Shown one piece after another: positions 1 through 13,300 of a stretch of DNA of 49,488 nucleotides (positions are counted from its first letter, which is position 1; each line of letters begins with the position of its first letter). The stretch is from assembly GCA_943704415.1 (NCBI GenBank), contig CALSCO010000763.1:1-49488 (forward strand). The letters run 5' to 3'. The translations under genes and the position numbers were made by a program. This DNA is from Parvularia atlantis (taxonomy: Eukaryota). The notes beneath the pieces are model-generated. The model ran no database searches, was not told where the DNA came from, and saw only the letters and a program-made list of their open reading frames with translations.

Positions 1-94
1 CCCCCTCCCCCCGGAAACACACGCGCCCGCCTTCGCACCGTGTGAGCGTTTGCTCGCTCGTTCGACTGACATCAGCGGCAGAGTTGCAGCTGCC

Positions 95-438
95 ATGGCC
101 GAGCAGCACAAGGCGGTCATCCGCAACGCCGACATGTCGGACGAGATGCAGCAGGTGCGTGCCGGGCGCGCGCCGGCGCGGGCGCATGGGCGTGGCGTGA
201 CGCGCGCGGCGCGCGGAAAAAAAAGGACGCGGTCGAGACGGCATACCAGGCCATCGCCAAGTACACGGTCGAGAAGGACATCGCCGCGTACATCAAGAAG
301 GAGTTTGACCGCAAGCACCAGCCGACGTGGCACTGCGTCGTCGGCCGCAACTTTGGCTCGTACGTGAGCCACGAGAGCAAGCACTTTGCGTACTTTTACG
401 TCGGGCAGCTGGCCTTCCTGCTCTTCCGCGCGGGCTGA
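95..438 (+). CDS. DYNLL1: Dynein light chain LC8 (2 exons: 95-154, 226-438)
   Basis: Spliced product [90 protein letters not shown] contains the LC8 signature [13 protein letters not shown] intron at 155-225. Confidence 0.97.
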
Positions 439-544
439 GCGCTGCGGACCGCGCGTGCGTCTCCCTTGTCTGTGGGCCCTCCCTCTCCAACCTCCCCCAC
501 CCCGTTGTGCCCGTCGTCGCCCGCCAGGCTGTTGCTGTACATGA

Positions 545-1542
545 TTACACACTGGTCGCGCTCGGCTGAGGCGGCACGGGCGGCAGCTCGCGCTTGACAC
601 AGGCCTCGGCCAGCCACGCCGGCGACACGACGGCGATGTTGTGCTTGACTGCCGTGACGATGCGGTCGCTGCGCGGCCGGCCGTCAGATCTGCGTTTGTG
701 CTCTGCGACGCGACGCGGCGCGACGCAAACGCACCCGCTCGTGCGCGACGTGACCAGGTGCGTCGTCTGGTCGGCCGTCATCGTCGACGAGAAGGCGACG
801 CCCGCGCGCTGCGCCAGCACTTGCCAGTCGCTGAGCTCCTCGGTCGACTTGGCGTAGAACGCGAGGTGCAGCGTGCCTAGGTCGGTCGGGGCGCTCGTGC
901 GGATCTGTAGCGCGTGCGTCGACACGCCCGCGGAGCTGTGCAGGACGAGCTGAACGTCGTACGCCGTGCTGGGCGCGAGGCCGACGAGCTTGACCATGCG
1001 CGCGTCCGTCGCGAGCGTGTGCTGCAGCACGCGGTTGACGTAGACGCGGATCGCGCGCGGCTGCGCGCTGTGGAGCGTCGGCGGGTGCCACGTAAGCACG
1101 GCCATCAGGTGCGCCGGCCGCGCCACGACGCCGCTCCACGTCGGCAGCCGGCTGTAGTCTGACGCCGCGGCGCGCACGTGTCAGGTGCGGCGATGGCACG
1201 CGCACCACGCGCTCGCACCGTGCAGGATCGAGTCCTGCAGCACGCGGAAGCGTGTGAGGCGTCTGCGCACGCACCGGTGCCATCAGCCCCGGCCGCGCCC
1301 CCGATGCACGCGCGCGCGCACCGCTGGTCGTCCTCGTCGTTGTGCGTAACCGCAACGCGCACGACGCTGCCCTCGCACGCGTCGGGCGGCAGCAGCACAG
1401 CGGGGAACTCGAGCACACGCATGTCCTGCGCCAGCAGCGTCGCGACGCCGGCCTCGACGCGCCCAATCTGCGCGCGCGCGCGCGCCGTGAGCGACCCCGC
1501 CAATGGTGCGCGCATCTGGCGCTCACGCACCACGAACGCCAT
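545..1542 (-). CDS. CHS5: Chs5-like exomer scaffold (CHS5_N + FN3 + BRCT), multi-exon
   Basis: N-terminus MAFV|IGRVEAGVATLLAQDMRVLEFPAVLLPPDACEGSVVRVAVTHN resembles the Chs5 dimerisation domain. It is followed by an FN3-like segment (AVLTWHPPTLHSA..KLVGLAPSTAYDVQLVLHSSAG) and a BRCT-like segment (TTHLVT..IAVVSPAWLAEAC), in the Chs5 order. Confidence 0.8.
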
Positions 1543-1688
1543 GGCCTACTATGCTAGCGCACACTCGGTTGAGGATTGATGGACAGCGGGGACGGTGCAC
1601 TTTTCTCCCAGACGGCAAGCATGCCGGGTGGCGTGCCGCGCCACGTGGCGCACTCACATCGCGCGCGCGCGCGCACATCACACGGCAG

Positions 1689-3051
1689 ATGCTGCTGCGC
1701 ACGACCAAGCCCAAGACGCACCGCGCCAAGCGCGCGCTCGAGAAGCGCGAGCCCAAGGTCGTCGAGGGCGCCAAGAGCGCGCTGTTCCTGCGCGGGCTGC
1801 ACACGAGCGAGGTCTGCGCTGGCGTGCTCAAGGACCTGGTGCGGGCCACATCGGGCCGTGTGTGCGGCGCCGTGGGTGACCGCGCGCGCCGCAGTACCTG
1901 CTCAAGAAGCCGCATGCGATCCTCTTCCAGCGGCGCAACGAGGTCGTGCCGTTCGAGGTGCGCGCCGCCCGCGTCCTTTTGGCCCGATTTTGCCCGCTCA
2001 CGAAGGAGAACGTGCAGGACGCGTCGTCGCTCGAGTTCTTCTCGCGCCGCAACGACTGCGGTCTGTTTGTCATGGTCTCACACAACAAGAAGCGCCCGCA
2101 CAACCTCGTCCTCGGCCGCTTCTTCGACCACAATCTGCTCGACATGTTTGAACTCGGCATCGATCGCTACCAGCCGATCAGCGCGTTTAAGGCGCGTGCG
2201 CTGCAACACCATCGCACGCGCGCACAACTGACCCGGCACGCAGGGTGACAAGTGTGCGCAGGGCGCGCGGCACGTCGTGCTCTTCCAGGGGCAGCTCTTT
2301 GACCAGAAAGACGAGTACATGCAGCTCAAGAGCTTCTTCCTCGGTGCGCGCTGAGCGCCGTCGCAAAGCTTGCTGACGCACGCAGCGCCGGCCGCCAGAC
2401 TTCTTCCGCGGCGAGACGCTCGAGAGCATCAACCTCAAGGCGATCGACCACGTCGTCTCGATCACCGCCGACGACGCCGGCAAGATCTACCTACGTGTGT
2501 ACACGCTGCAGCTGCTGCGCTCGGGGACACGCCTGCCGCGCGTCGAGCTGCTCGAGATGGGCCCGTCGATCGACCTGACCGTGCGTTACCGTGGCATGCA
2601 GCGCTTGGCCCTCACTCCCGGCGCAGTGGCGGAGACACAAGGTCGCCGCGCCCGACGTCATGCGCGAGGCGATGAAGCAGCCGCGCGAGCTCAAAGTGCG
2701 TTGGCGCTGCCGTGCGGTGCGGTGCAGCTCAGCCGCGCGTGGTGCGCTGCTTAGCCCAAGAAGGAGAAGAACAAGGAGACGGACGTGCTCGGCAAGACGT
2801 ACGGGCGCATTCACCTCGGGCGGCAGGACCTCACACGCCTCGCGACGAAGAAGATGAAAGGTATGTGCACGCGCGCGCCGGTGCGTGCAGCATTGCTGAC
2901 GCGTGCACGCCCCTCAGGGCTGCGCAAGCGCCCCGCCGGCGAGGATGGAGACGACGCGGCCGAGGTCGAGCCGGCCACTGCACCTGCCGCGCCCGCCGCC
3001 GCCGACGCGGACGACCAGCCCAGCACAAAGCGGCGTCGCACCCGCCTGTGA
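1689..3051 (+). CDS. RPF2: Ribosome production factor 2 (Brix domain), multi-exon
   Basis: MLLRTTKPKTHRAKRALEKREPKVVE, SLEFFSRRNDCGLF..HNKKRPHNLVLGRFFDHNLLDMFELGI, PRVELLEMGPSIDL and GRIHLGRQDL are typical Rpf2 motifs. Confidence 0.93.
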
Positions 3052-3128
3052 AAAACAAAACCAAGAAAAAACGGGGTACTGCACTAATGGGTGTTGCTTT
3101 TCGTGTGCGCGGCACTAGTAGCACGCCG

Positions 3129-6100
3129 TCAGCGCGGGCCGCGGTCGCTGCGCATGAGGATCTTGGCGTCGACGTCGAGCTTCGGCAGCTTGCGCGCGCG
3201 CTCGGCCGACGTCGGCGCCGACAGGAAGCCGCTCTGCACGAGGTAGCTGCGTGGCGCACGGCGCGTCAGACAGCGGGCAAAAGCGGTGGAGGCTGCCGCA
3301 CCTAAAGTAGACGCCCATCACGTCCTTCATCGACTGGCAGCGGATGGCCGTGCCGGCAATGAGCGTCTGGACACCGCGTGCGTGGCTGAGCGACGGGCCG
3401 ACACGACGACGACGAACGACGATGCGCACCTGCGTGTTGGTTGCGTCCAGGTCGGGCGCCTTGGACTTGGTCGGCAGGTCGTCGAGCACGTAGTGCAGCA
3501 GCGGGTACAGAGCGTTGTCGGACGAGGCCATGGTGTAGTCCTACGGGGCGCGTGAGGCGGTCGCACGGGGCGTACACAAGCGCGCGAACCATGAGCAGCT
3601 GGCGCCACTGGACGTACTCGATCGACTGCATGTCGAAGCCGTACTCGCGCATCAGGTCAAACAGCTCGTTGAAGCGGAACCTGCGCCGCAGGCTCAGCAC
3701 GCGAGCGTCAATGCGGCGGAAAGCGCACCGGTCCGGGTTCGACATGTGGAACGCCTTGCCGACCGCCGACTCAGACGCGCCGATGAGCACGATGCTGCGG
3801 GGCGCGCGTGCGTGAGCTCGCTATATATATGCGCAGCAGCAGCAGCAACGGCGCCGCGCACCAGTTGGCGACGTAGTCCACCGGGCACATGTTGACGCTG
3901 TTGTGCATGATGGGCACGCTGGGCGCGATGCGCGTCAGCGCCACGGAGCACGCGCAGGGCACGGCGCACGCACTACTTGAGCTCGGCACAGCCCTTGGCC
4001 AGGCGCCAGATGTAATCGTCGACGTTGGTAACTGGTGCGAGCAGGCGAAGGGCATTAGTGGCTCTTGTCGCGCGCGCACGACGACGCCACGCACCGCCCG
4101 TCTGCGAGTGCCCGACAACGTAGCCCGGCCGCGTGATTGTGATCGGGAAGCCGCGCGCGCGCGCCTTCAGTAGCAGCTTCTCGGCGACCCACTTGGATTG
4201 CCCTGGCAGCGGCCACACGCGTCTTCAGACTTGCACGCGCAAGCGGCCACGGCGCACCATAGCCGACTGAGAGCCCCACGCCGCCCGCAAGGTCGTCATT
4301 CTCGCTCACGCGCTCGCCCAACGCGACGTAGTAGTCCGCGTCGAAGACCGACGTCGACGAAACAAAGTGCACCGGCGAGAGCGTCTGCCCGACGGCGGCC
4401 AGGCGCAGGCAGTCGACCGTCGAGTTGACGTTGATCGCCTTGAGCTTGTCGTACGGGAAGACCCAGTGCACCTGGCGGCGCGCGGGCGCGACGTGAGAGC
4501 ACGTCCGGCCGCAGCACTTTTGCGCGCACCATCGCGCCGTTGTGGTAGATTGCCTGCACCTTGTGCCCGAGCGTCTCAAACTCCTGCGCCGACAGGCCCA
4601 GCAGCGGCTTGCCGAGATCACCTAGCACGACGGCGATGCGGTTCACAAACGACGCGTCCCTGCACCGGGCCGCGCGTCAGCCCGACCGTCACGCGAACGA
4701 GCGAGCGTGCTCGCGCACCAGATCAGGTGGTCGGCCAGGTTCTTCTTGAGGCGCGCAAACGCCTGCTCGACAGACGGCGCGCGCACGTGGCAGTGCACGG
4801 TCGCTTGTGGGTGCTGCCGCAGCAGGGCCTCGAGCAGGAACGCGCCGAGGAAGCCTGCGTGCGGCGGCGTCAGCATAAGAGCCGCGCTGAGCCCGCACAC
4901 GCACCGGTCGCGCCCGTCAGCAGGATGTGCTTCGGGTGCACGTTGAACACGAGCGGCTTGCCCTGCGTCGTCACGGACGCGTCGAGCTCGGTCTCGGCGG
5001 CCCAGTCGACCACTGCGCGCCGCGCCCGGCGTCAGCCTCCACGTGTGCACACTACGGGCAGAGGCGCACCGGACTTGGGCGGCGCCGGTGCGGGCAGCGG
5101 CTCGCCGTCAAACGCGACGTCGCCGTCAAAGACCTTGATCGCCTGCGCAATCGACGCGATCGTCGGGTGGTCAAAGAGCTTCGCGCGCACGTCGCGTGAG
5201 TGCCCACGCGCCTCCCCGGCAGCAGCACGGCCGCGCCCCGCACCAGCATCAGCGGCAAGTCGACCTTGAGCGCCTGACGCATCTGGAAGATGACGCGCGT
5301 GGCCACGATCGAGTGCCCGCCCAGGTCGAAGAAGTTGTCGTTGATGCTGATGCTCGGCAGGTTGAGCACGGAGCACCAGATGTCGGCCTGCGCCGAGCAC
5401 GCCGTCAGAAATGAAGGCGGCCGCGCTCATGCGCGCACAAGACGTGTCTCGAGCTGGTTGCGCGGCTTGCTTGACGCCGACGGCTGATCCTTGGCATCCT
5501 GGCGCTGGCGCAGCACGGCCGTGTCCGGGAAGGGCAGCTTGTTCTTGTCAATCTTGCCGTTGGGCGTGAGCGGCATGCTCGTGAGCGGCACAAACACTGT
5601 CGCGCCGCGCCACCGTCAGCCTGCCGTGCCGCGCCCCCCCACACAGCGCAGCACAGCGCACGCACGCGACGGGATGGCGTACGACGGCAGCTTGCTCTTG
5701 AGGTGCGCACGGACGTCGGCCACGTCAAAGTCGCCGTGCGGCACAAAGTACGACACGAGCACGTGCTCCTCGTTGATGTCGCGGCGCACGACCGTCACGT
5801 TCTCGCGGATGGCCGGGTGCTGCCGCGCGGGCGCGCAAGGGCGCGTGTCTGGGCCCAGTCGCGCATGCCATACAGCAACAGTACCTGCGACAGGTGCGTG
5901 TCGATCTCGCCAAGCTCGATGCGGAAGCCGCGGATCTTGACCTGGTCGTCGGCGCGCCCGGCACACTCAACTGCGCATACCGTACGCGTTTGAGCCCCGC
6001 TGCGCTGCACGCGCAAGTGTGCGCACCGATGCCGTCCGGCATGTAGCGCCCAATGTCGCCCGTCTTGTACAGGCGGTCCCGTGGGTTGGTCGGGTTGAAC

Positions 6101-9100
6101 GGGTTGACGATGAACTTTTGCCGCGTGGCCTCCTCGAGCCCGAGGTAGCCTGCAAGCCCACGCGCCGTCAGCGTCACCTTGGCTGCGCGCAGGCACGCAC
6201 CGGCGGCCATGTGCGGCGAGCGCTGGTAGATCTCGCCCATCTCGCCCACGCCGCACAGCCGGAGCGCTGCGCCGCCGCTGCTTGAGGCGCGGCAGGGCGG
6301 CTGCAGACGGCGCAATACGCACACGACGTCAGGATCAGCAGCTGCACGTCCTTCATGCCGCGCCCGGCCGGCAGGATCTCCTTGCGCTTCTCCATGCTGT
6401 TGTCGTTGGTGATTGTCAGGTAGCTGCGTGTGCGCGCGCGGTCAGTCGCTGAGTCTGCTGCCCGCGTGCGCGCAGACCTCACGGCGCGCTGTGTCTCGGT
6501 CGTGCCGTACATGTTGACGACCTTGACGTTGGGAGCGAGCGCCTGCAGGCGGCTGGCGCGCGCGTCTCAGCGAGCAGGCGGGGGAGGATGCGGCGCACGC
6601 ACCTCACGTCGCGCTTCGTGAGGATGTCGCCGACAAAGAGCGCGCACTTGAGCGCGGGCATCTTGGTTGTTGCGTTGGCCGTGAGCAGCTGGCCCATGGC
6701 TGCACGCCCTCGTCAGCGCAACAAACACACGGACGTTGCGCCGACGCACCGGGCGTGAGGTGCGTCACGGTCACGCCCTGTGCGGCCATCCACTTGGCCA
6801 GCTGGCCCGGGTTGCCGATGTCCTCCGGGTCTGGGATGTGGATCGACGCGCCCAGGAAGAACGGCGTGAAGACTTGCGCGCCGCCCGTCAGCGCACCGCC
6901 GCCACATCATGACGGCACACGCACTGTCGCGCTGGATCGGGTCGTGCGCGATGCCCGAGAGCATCGAGAAGTGGTCCTTGTCGTCCATGTGGAACTCTTC
7001 CGACATCCACGGGTAGAAGTGCGTGTACGACACGTGCCGACCGCGCACGCCTGTGCGGTGCACGCAAGCAGTAAGCGCTGCGTGCGAAGGTCAGCGCGGT
7101 GGGCGTGCCCTTCGGGATGCCGGTCGAGCCCGACGTGAACGAGAGCGTGCCAATGTCGTCCGGGCCGACGGGCACGTTCGGGTTCTCGATCGACACGCCC
7201 GCCAGCACGCCGTCCTCGTCCGGCGCGAGCGCGGGCACGAGCGCCTCGATCTTGAGCTCGGTATCGATGTACTGCGCACACAGCGCGCGTGAGCCCCCGC
7301 TGCGCTCACACGGGGCACGCAAGCGCAGACCTTCTGCACGTCCGCGTGCAGGCTGCCGGCCGCCTTGATCGTGATCAGGCCCTTGGGCTGCGACACCTGC
7401 AGGTAGATGACTTGCCGCTCGGGCGGGTACTGCGGGTCTGGCGCACGTGGCACATGAGGGGCAGCGACGACAGAAGCGCAGCGCAACACACCGATGACCG
7501 TAAACGTCGCGCCGGCTTTGAGAATGCCCATGATGGCGAAGACGAGCGCGGTCGAGCGGTGCGCAAAGATCGCGACGACGTCGCCTGTCACGGCAGCGAC
7601 GCGCTCAAGGGGCGGGGCGCCGTGTGGGCCAGGCGCGCGCGCATACCCTTCATGATGCCGTGCGCGATCAGGCAGTTGGCCACGCGGTTGCTCTGCATGT
7701 CAACGACACGGTACGAGTAGACGCTGCGTGCGCAGTCGTCAGCTGCCGCGACATGGGCGCGTGCACGGCTCGCACGCACTTGTCGCGGTGCACGATCGCC
7801 GGCCGGTCCGGGTGCTTGCGCGCGTTGTCCGACAGGCGCGACTGGATTGAGCCAAAGAAGGTCTCGTCGAGCGGCTCCTCCGGGTTCGGGAGCACCTGGC
7901 CGGGCCGCGAGCGCATCAGCGGGCCGCCGTGAGCACAGTGCGGCGAGCGACCTTCTTGGCGTGCGGCGTGACGAGCGTGATGTCGCCGACCTGCGTGTCA
8001 GGCCGCGCGAGCGTGCTGTCGAGCAGCATTTCGATCTGGCGCAGCACTTCCTGTATCCTCTCGCGGCTGCACGGGCGCGCACAGTCGGCACACGCGGCAC
8101 AGGTGGCAGCGAATGATTGGCTCGCACCTGTACAGGATGTTGTTGTAGACGATGCGCAGCTGCAGCGGCAGGAGCACCTTGGCGTCTGACAGCTGCACAG
8201 TGCCGGTAGTGAGCTTGCGGCGCGCCCGCACATGCCAGCACACCTGCTCGACAAAGACCGTCCAGTCGCAGCTGGCGGCGTCGAGCGTCGAGGCGTTGAC
8301 GTCGATCAAGTTGAAGAAACGCACCTGCCGCCGCGTGCGCTCAGCCATGGGCAGGATCACAGGCGCACCACCACACCTGGAAAAGCGGGCCGCTCGGGCC
8401 GTCCTCGGTCGGCGGGCGGAGGCGCGTGTACAGCTCCTGGTACGGCACCTCGTACTTGGCCGCGTTCTCCTCAACCTGCGCGGCGCGAGCGTCGTCAGCC
8501 ACCACCACAATCACGACCGGTCGTGATGGCAGCGCACGCTGCGCGTCAGCTGCACAAGCTGCAGGAACGTCTCGGTGCCGGAGATGCGCGGCAGGCGCAG
8601 GATGAGCGGGTTGTAGTTCTCGCTGGACGAACCGACGACGACGTCCTCCTGCGCGATGCAGGGCGGCGGCAGCGGTCAGGCGGAAGCACGTGCGCAGTGC
8701 GATGGCGATGGCGGTGGATGCACGTGCCTCGCGCGTGTACTTGTGCAGGAGGATCGAGAACGCGGTCAGGATGACCGTGAAGGGCGAGACGTCGCTATCG
8801 AGGCTGTCGGGGCCGCGCGTTGTGAGCGACGGCAAAGGCAACGACGATGACGGCGCGCACCTCAGCTTGAGCAGCAGCTTGCTCGTGTTCTTCGACAGAC
8901 GCAGGATCTCCTGCGCCTCGACGTACTGGAGCGGCAGGCCACGCGGCGCGCGCGCTTCTCAGGGCCACGCGGCCGCCACGCGCACGTGCGCGCGCGCACC
9001 TTGATCGGCACCGGCCGCGGGTAGTCAGTCGGCAGCTGCAGCGCCGGCAGGCCCTCGAGGTGCCGCACCCAGTACTGGCCCCCCGCGCGACGCGCCGTCA

Positions 9101-9181
9101 GCGGCCCGCGCACGAGACCGCGCACGCAGAGAGAGAGCGCACCGCGACCGCCTCTGCGTCACGTGCCGCGACGCCGTCCAT
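3129..9181 (-). CDS. LYS2: L-2-aminoadipate reductase (NRPS-like: N-terminal condensation-like, A, T, R domains), about 30 introns
   Basis: [10 protein letters not shown] at the N-terminus. A-domain motifs [72 protein letters not shown]-domain FFDLGGHSI. Reductase motifs [26 protein letters not shown]. The last exon [14 protein letters not shown] ends at TGA 3129-3131. Confidence 0.95.
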
Positions 9182-9191
9182 GGCTCGCGCT

Positions 9192-9200
9192 GCTGATTGG
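9192..9200 (-). promoter_or_regulatory. CCAAT box (CCAATCAGC) in the LYS2/VPS29 divergent gap
   Basis: gctgattgg on the plus strand; the same 9-mer occurs in both GRP94 ERSE elements. Confidence 0.4.
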
Positions 9201-9267
9201 GTCATCGTGCGGAAAGCATGCCGGCGGCCGTCACTTGTGCCAGAAGCTTCGAGACGGCGCTGGAAGG

Positions 9268-10226
9268 ATGGTGGTACGGGCCGCTTGTCGTCTTCTCGCG
9301 CTCTCGACGTTGACGCGCGCCACGCCCGCGTCCCCCCGTGCCCGCCCCGCGCCCGCACCCCGTGCGCGCACCTGCAGCTCGTCCTCGTCATCGGCGACCT
9401 GCACGTGCCGCACCGGAGCAGCGGCCTCCCGCCCAAGTTCAAGAAGCTTCTCGTGCGCAGCTGCTGTTGCTGGGAGGGTCGCGCGCCTGATGCGGGCCGT
9501 GCGGTCGCGCGCTGGCAGGTGCCCGGGAAGATCCAGCACGTGCTGTGCACGGGCAACCTGTGCAACAAGGACATGTACGACTTCCTCAAGTCGGTGGCCA
9601 ACGACGTGCACGTCGTCAAGGGCGACTTTGACGAGGTGGGCGACCCTGCTGCCCGCCGTCCTCTCGCTCGCCTCACACGTGCCGCTCCCCCCCCCACACA
9701 CACACACACACACCCGCACGCCGCGCGAGCAGAACGCAACATACCCCGACACCAAGGTCGTGACGATCGGCGGCCTCAAGATCGGCCTCGCACACGGCCA
9801 CCAGATCGTGCCGTGGGGCGACCAGGCGGCCATCGGCATGCTGCAGCGGCAGGTGCCGTGCGCCCGCATCGGCGCCGCGCGGCCGACGACGGACCGACCG
9901 CGCGTCCCCCCTCCGCACCGCGCAGCTCGACGTCGACCTGATGATCACCGGCCACACGCACAAGTTTGAGGCGTACGAGGTCGGCGACAAGTTCTTCATC
10001 AACCCGGGGTCGGCCACGGGCGCGTACAGCAGCATCACGAGCGAGACCAACCCGAGCTTCGTGCTGATGGACGTGCAGAGCGCGGGCGTGGTCGTGTACG
10101 TCTACCAGTTGGTGGGCGAGGACGTGAAGGTCGACAAGATCGGTGCGCTCGCACATTGCGGGTCTGCGGGCTGGCGCTGACCGTGCGTGTCGCGCGCCGC
10201 GCGCCGCAGAGTTCAAGAAGAAGTGA
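9268..10226 (+). CDS. VPS29: Retromer subunit VPS29, 6 exons
   Basis: [48 protein letters not shown]|..[10 protein letters not shown]..|[37 protein letters not shown]..|EFKKK*. Confidence 0.97.
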
Positions 10227-10330
10227 GTGCAGAGAGCGAGAGCTGCGCGTGGCTCAGAGACCCGTGTTGTCGCGTGTTTTGTGGTCGGCAGATCGCTGTC
10301 ACCTTGCACGCCACGCGCCACGCCGAGCCA

Positions 10331-13300
10331 ATGGGCACGCCCAGCGCCGTCGCGGCGGGCGGCGCGGACCTGGGCGAGGCCGTGGTGCTGTACGACTTTG
10401 CGGCCGAGCAGCCGGACGAGCTCTCGCTGCGCGCGGGCGAGACGGTGGCGCTGGTGGTGCAGGTGCGCGGCCGCCCTGCCTCCCCGCCCGGCCTTCCGCC
10501 TCGGTGTGTCCGACAACAACACGACGTGCAGATCAACGACGCATGGTGGCTCGGCCGCGCGCCCGACGGCCGCAGCGGCATCTTCCCGGCGGCGTACGTG
10601 GCCGTGCGCGAGGTGGCGCAGGCGGCGGCGACGGCGGCGGCAATCGAGAGCTGTGCGCGCAACGCCTGCTGCTGCTGGACGGCCTAGTTAACCCCCCTTC
10701 CCTATGTGGCCGCGGGACGCCAGTCGCCGAGCGCGCACGCCCCGTCCTGCGCTTTCTGGCCACGCTCGAGCTGGACGAGTACGCGCGCGACTTTGTCGAC
10801 AAGGGCTACGACGACATGGACATTGTCGAGGAGCTGACCGAGCGCGACCTGGACGAGATCGGCGTGGCCGTGCCGGACCATCGCCGGTGCGCCGCGCGGG
10901 CGTCCATGCGCGACTGACAGCTGCGGACGTCGGCGCGCATCGAAAGACGCATCCTCAACGCCGCCGCCGCCTCGCGCTCGCGGTCCAACTCGGAGCACAC
11001 GCCGGCGCCCGTCACGACGCCGCCGCCCGTCGCAACGCCGCCGATCGCCAGCACAGCGCCCGCCGAGCCGCGCCCGCTGCTCGCGCCCATCGCCGCGCCG
11101 CCGACCGAGTACGTCGCGCCGATCGTGCACGAGGGCGGTGCGCGCCGAGGTCTGCCGCGGCCGGCAGCTCACGCGATCACAGCCGCGCTGGTGTCGGCGC
11201 CCGTCGTCGCCACGGCAAAGGACAAGCAGCTGCCGTCGCGCAAGGCCGGCTGGCTGCACAAGCAGGGCGAGCGCATCAAGGGCTGGAAGCGCCGGTGGAT
11301 GGTGCTCGAGGCCGGCGAGCTGCGCTACTACAAGGCGCAGCAGGTGTGCGCGCTTTTGACTCATCGCCTGCACCGGTCTCAGACGCAGCGCGGCGGCCGC
11401 GGCAGGACAAGGAGCCCGCGGGCGTGCTCAAGCTGCTCGAAATGCTGCGCGTGGGGCCGAGCCCGATCGAGTCGCGCAAGGACCCCAAGTGCGCGCCTGC
11501 GCCCGCGCACAGTGCGCGGACGCTCACACGGCCAGCGCAGGTATCCACACTGCTTCCACGTCGCCACCACGCGCGACCGCGTCTTCATGTTCTGCGCCGA
11601 GACCGAGCGCGACATGCTCGTGTGGATGGAGATGATCGACACGCTCATCCGCATCAAGGAGCGCCTCGGCGGCTCGCACAGCGAGCCCGTGCCGGCCGTC
11701 GAGCCGGCGTACGCGGCCCTGCGCGACGACGTCGAGCCGCCCTCGCGCAGCCCCGCGAGCTCGTTCAGGTGCGCGACGCGCTGCCTCTGCACAGCGCCTG
11801 AACGTCGTGTGGGGGGCTCAACAGCACCAGCAACGCGCCGGCCGCGTCGCCCTCGGCGTCGTCTGAGGTGGCGTTCGCGACGACGCGGCCAGCACGTCGT
11901 GGCTGACGCTGCAGCGCGCGCGCAGATCGCACACTTGTACGCGTCGGCGACCTCGGCCGTCCGCAAGATGTCGCTCCGCCTGCCGTCGCGCATCGCCCGC
12001 CCGCTGTTTGCCGACAAAGACGTGCGGCCGGGCGAGCGAGCGCGCTCTTGCGCCGCCACTTAAGCGCAACTGCACGTAGGCCAGGAAGGGGTCGGTCGAC
12101 GAGCACGACGCCCTGTCGCACCCGGCGCAGACCGTCGGCCCCGCGGCGGATGACATTGTGCCGAACGACAAGGAGGGTGCGTCATGGCCAATTCCGGCAC
12201 ACCGCCGGCTCATTCGCGACCGCAGGCTGGCTCAAGAAGATGGGCAACAACATGCAGAAGGACTGGAAGCGGCGCTACGTCGTCGTGCGCGGTGGCAAGC
12301 TGTTTTACTACCGGTCATATGAGGTGCGACGCCTCTGCACGCGTTTCGGCACACGCTCAGCGCCTGTGCGCCCGCTCAGGACTACGCCGCTGCGTCGCCG
12401 ATCAGCTTCATCGAGCTCATGACGGCAGCGGTGCGGCCGTCGCCGATCGCGTCCAAGCATCGCTTCGAGCTTGTCACGGTCAGCCGCACGTACGGCTTCC
12501 AGGTGCCGCCGCTGCGGGCTCGGACGCACGCGTACGGCAACGCTCACCGCGCCGCGCCGCACACAGACCGAGACGGCCTCCGAGCTCAACGACTGGGTCA
12601 CGACGCTGCAGAACGCCATCGCGCAGGCGCTCACGAGCGTGTCGAGCGAGCGCGACAGCATGGTCCGGACCCGTGCTTCGCTTCGGCTGTGCGCTCACGC
12701 GCGGCCGCAGTCGAGCGCGATGCTCGTTACCAGCAGCAAGCCCGCGAGCGTGCTTCAGCAGCTGCGCGGCGAGTCCGCCAACCGCTTCTGCGCCGACTGC
12801 GGCGCGGCAGGTGCGTTGCGGCGTCGCGCGCGAGCCCGTGCCCATACCCGCGTCACCGCAGACCCCGAGTGGGCCGCGTCCAACCTCGGTGTCGTGGTCT
12901 GCATCGAGTGCTCGGGCGTGCACCGCTCGCTCGGCGTGCACGTCTCCAAGGTGCGCTCGCTCACGCTCGACGACTGGCCGTCGTCGGCACTGCGGGTGCG
13001 TGAGCGCCGAACGTGCTGCCCGCCCGCTCACGTCGCGCGGCAGGTCATGCTCGCACTGGGCAATGAGCGCGCCAACTCGGTGTGGGAGGCCGTGTCGATG
13101 CCGTCCATGACCAAGCCAGAGCCGTCGTCGTCTGGGTGCGGCCATCGCACCGCCTCGACTGATGCTGACGCCTGCCATACGCCAGTGAGCGCAAGCGCCA
13201 GTACATCACAGCCAAGTACGTCGACCGCGCGGCTGTGACCCGACCGGCCGAGCCCGCACCACACGCCGAGACTGTCCGCGTGCGCGCCGCGGCTCGTGCA

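Noticed and set aside
3085..3131. TGA-CGG readthrough-like context at the LYS2 stop
   Set aside because: The extension would end ..KSNTH* with no targeting signal, and CGG is common here.
3129..9181. NRPS / secondary-metabolite cluster
   Set aside because: A single A-T-R module with LYS2-specific motifs ([18 protein letters not shown]), flanked by housekeeping genes: primary lysine biosynthesis.
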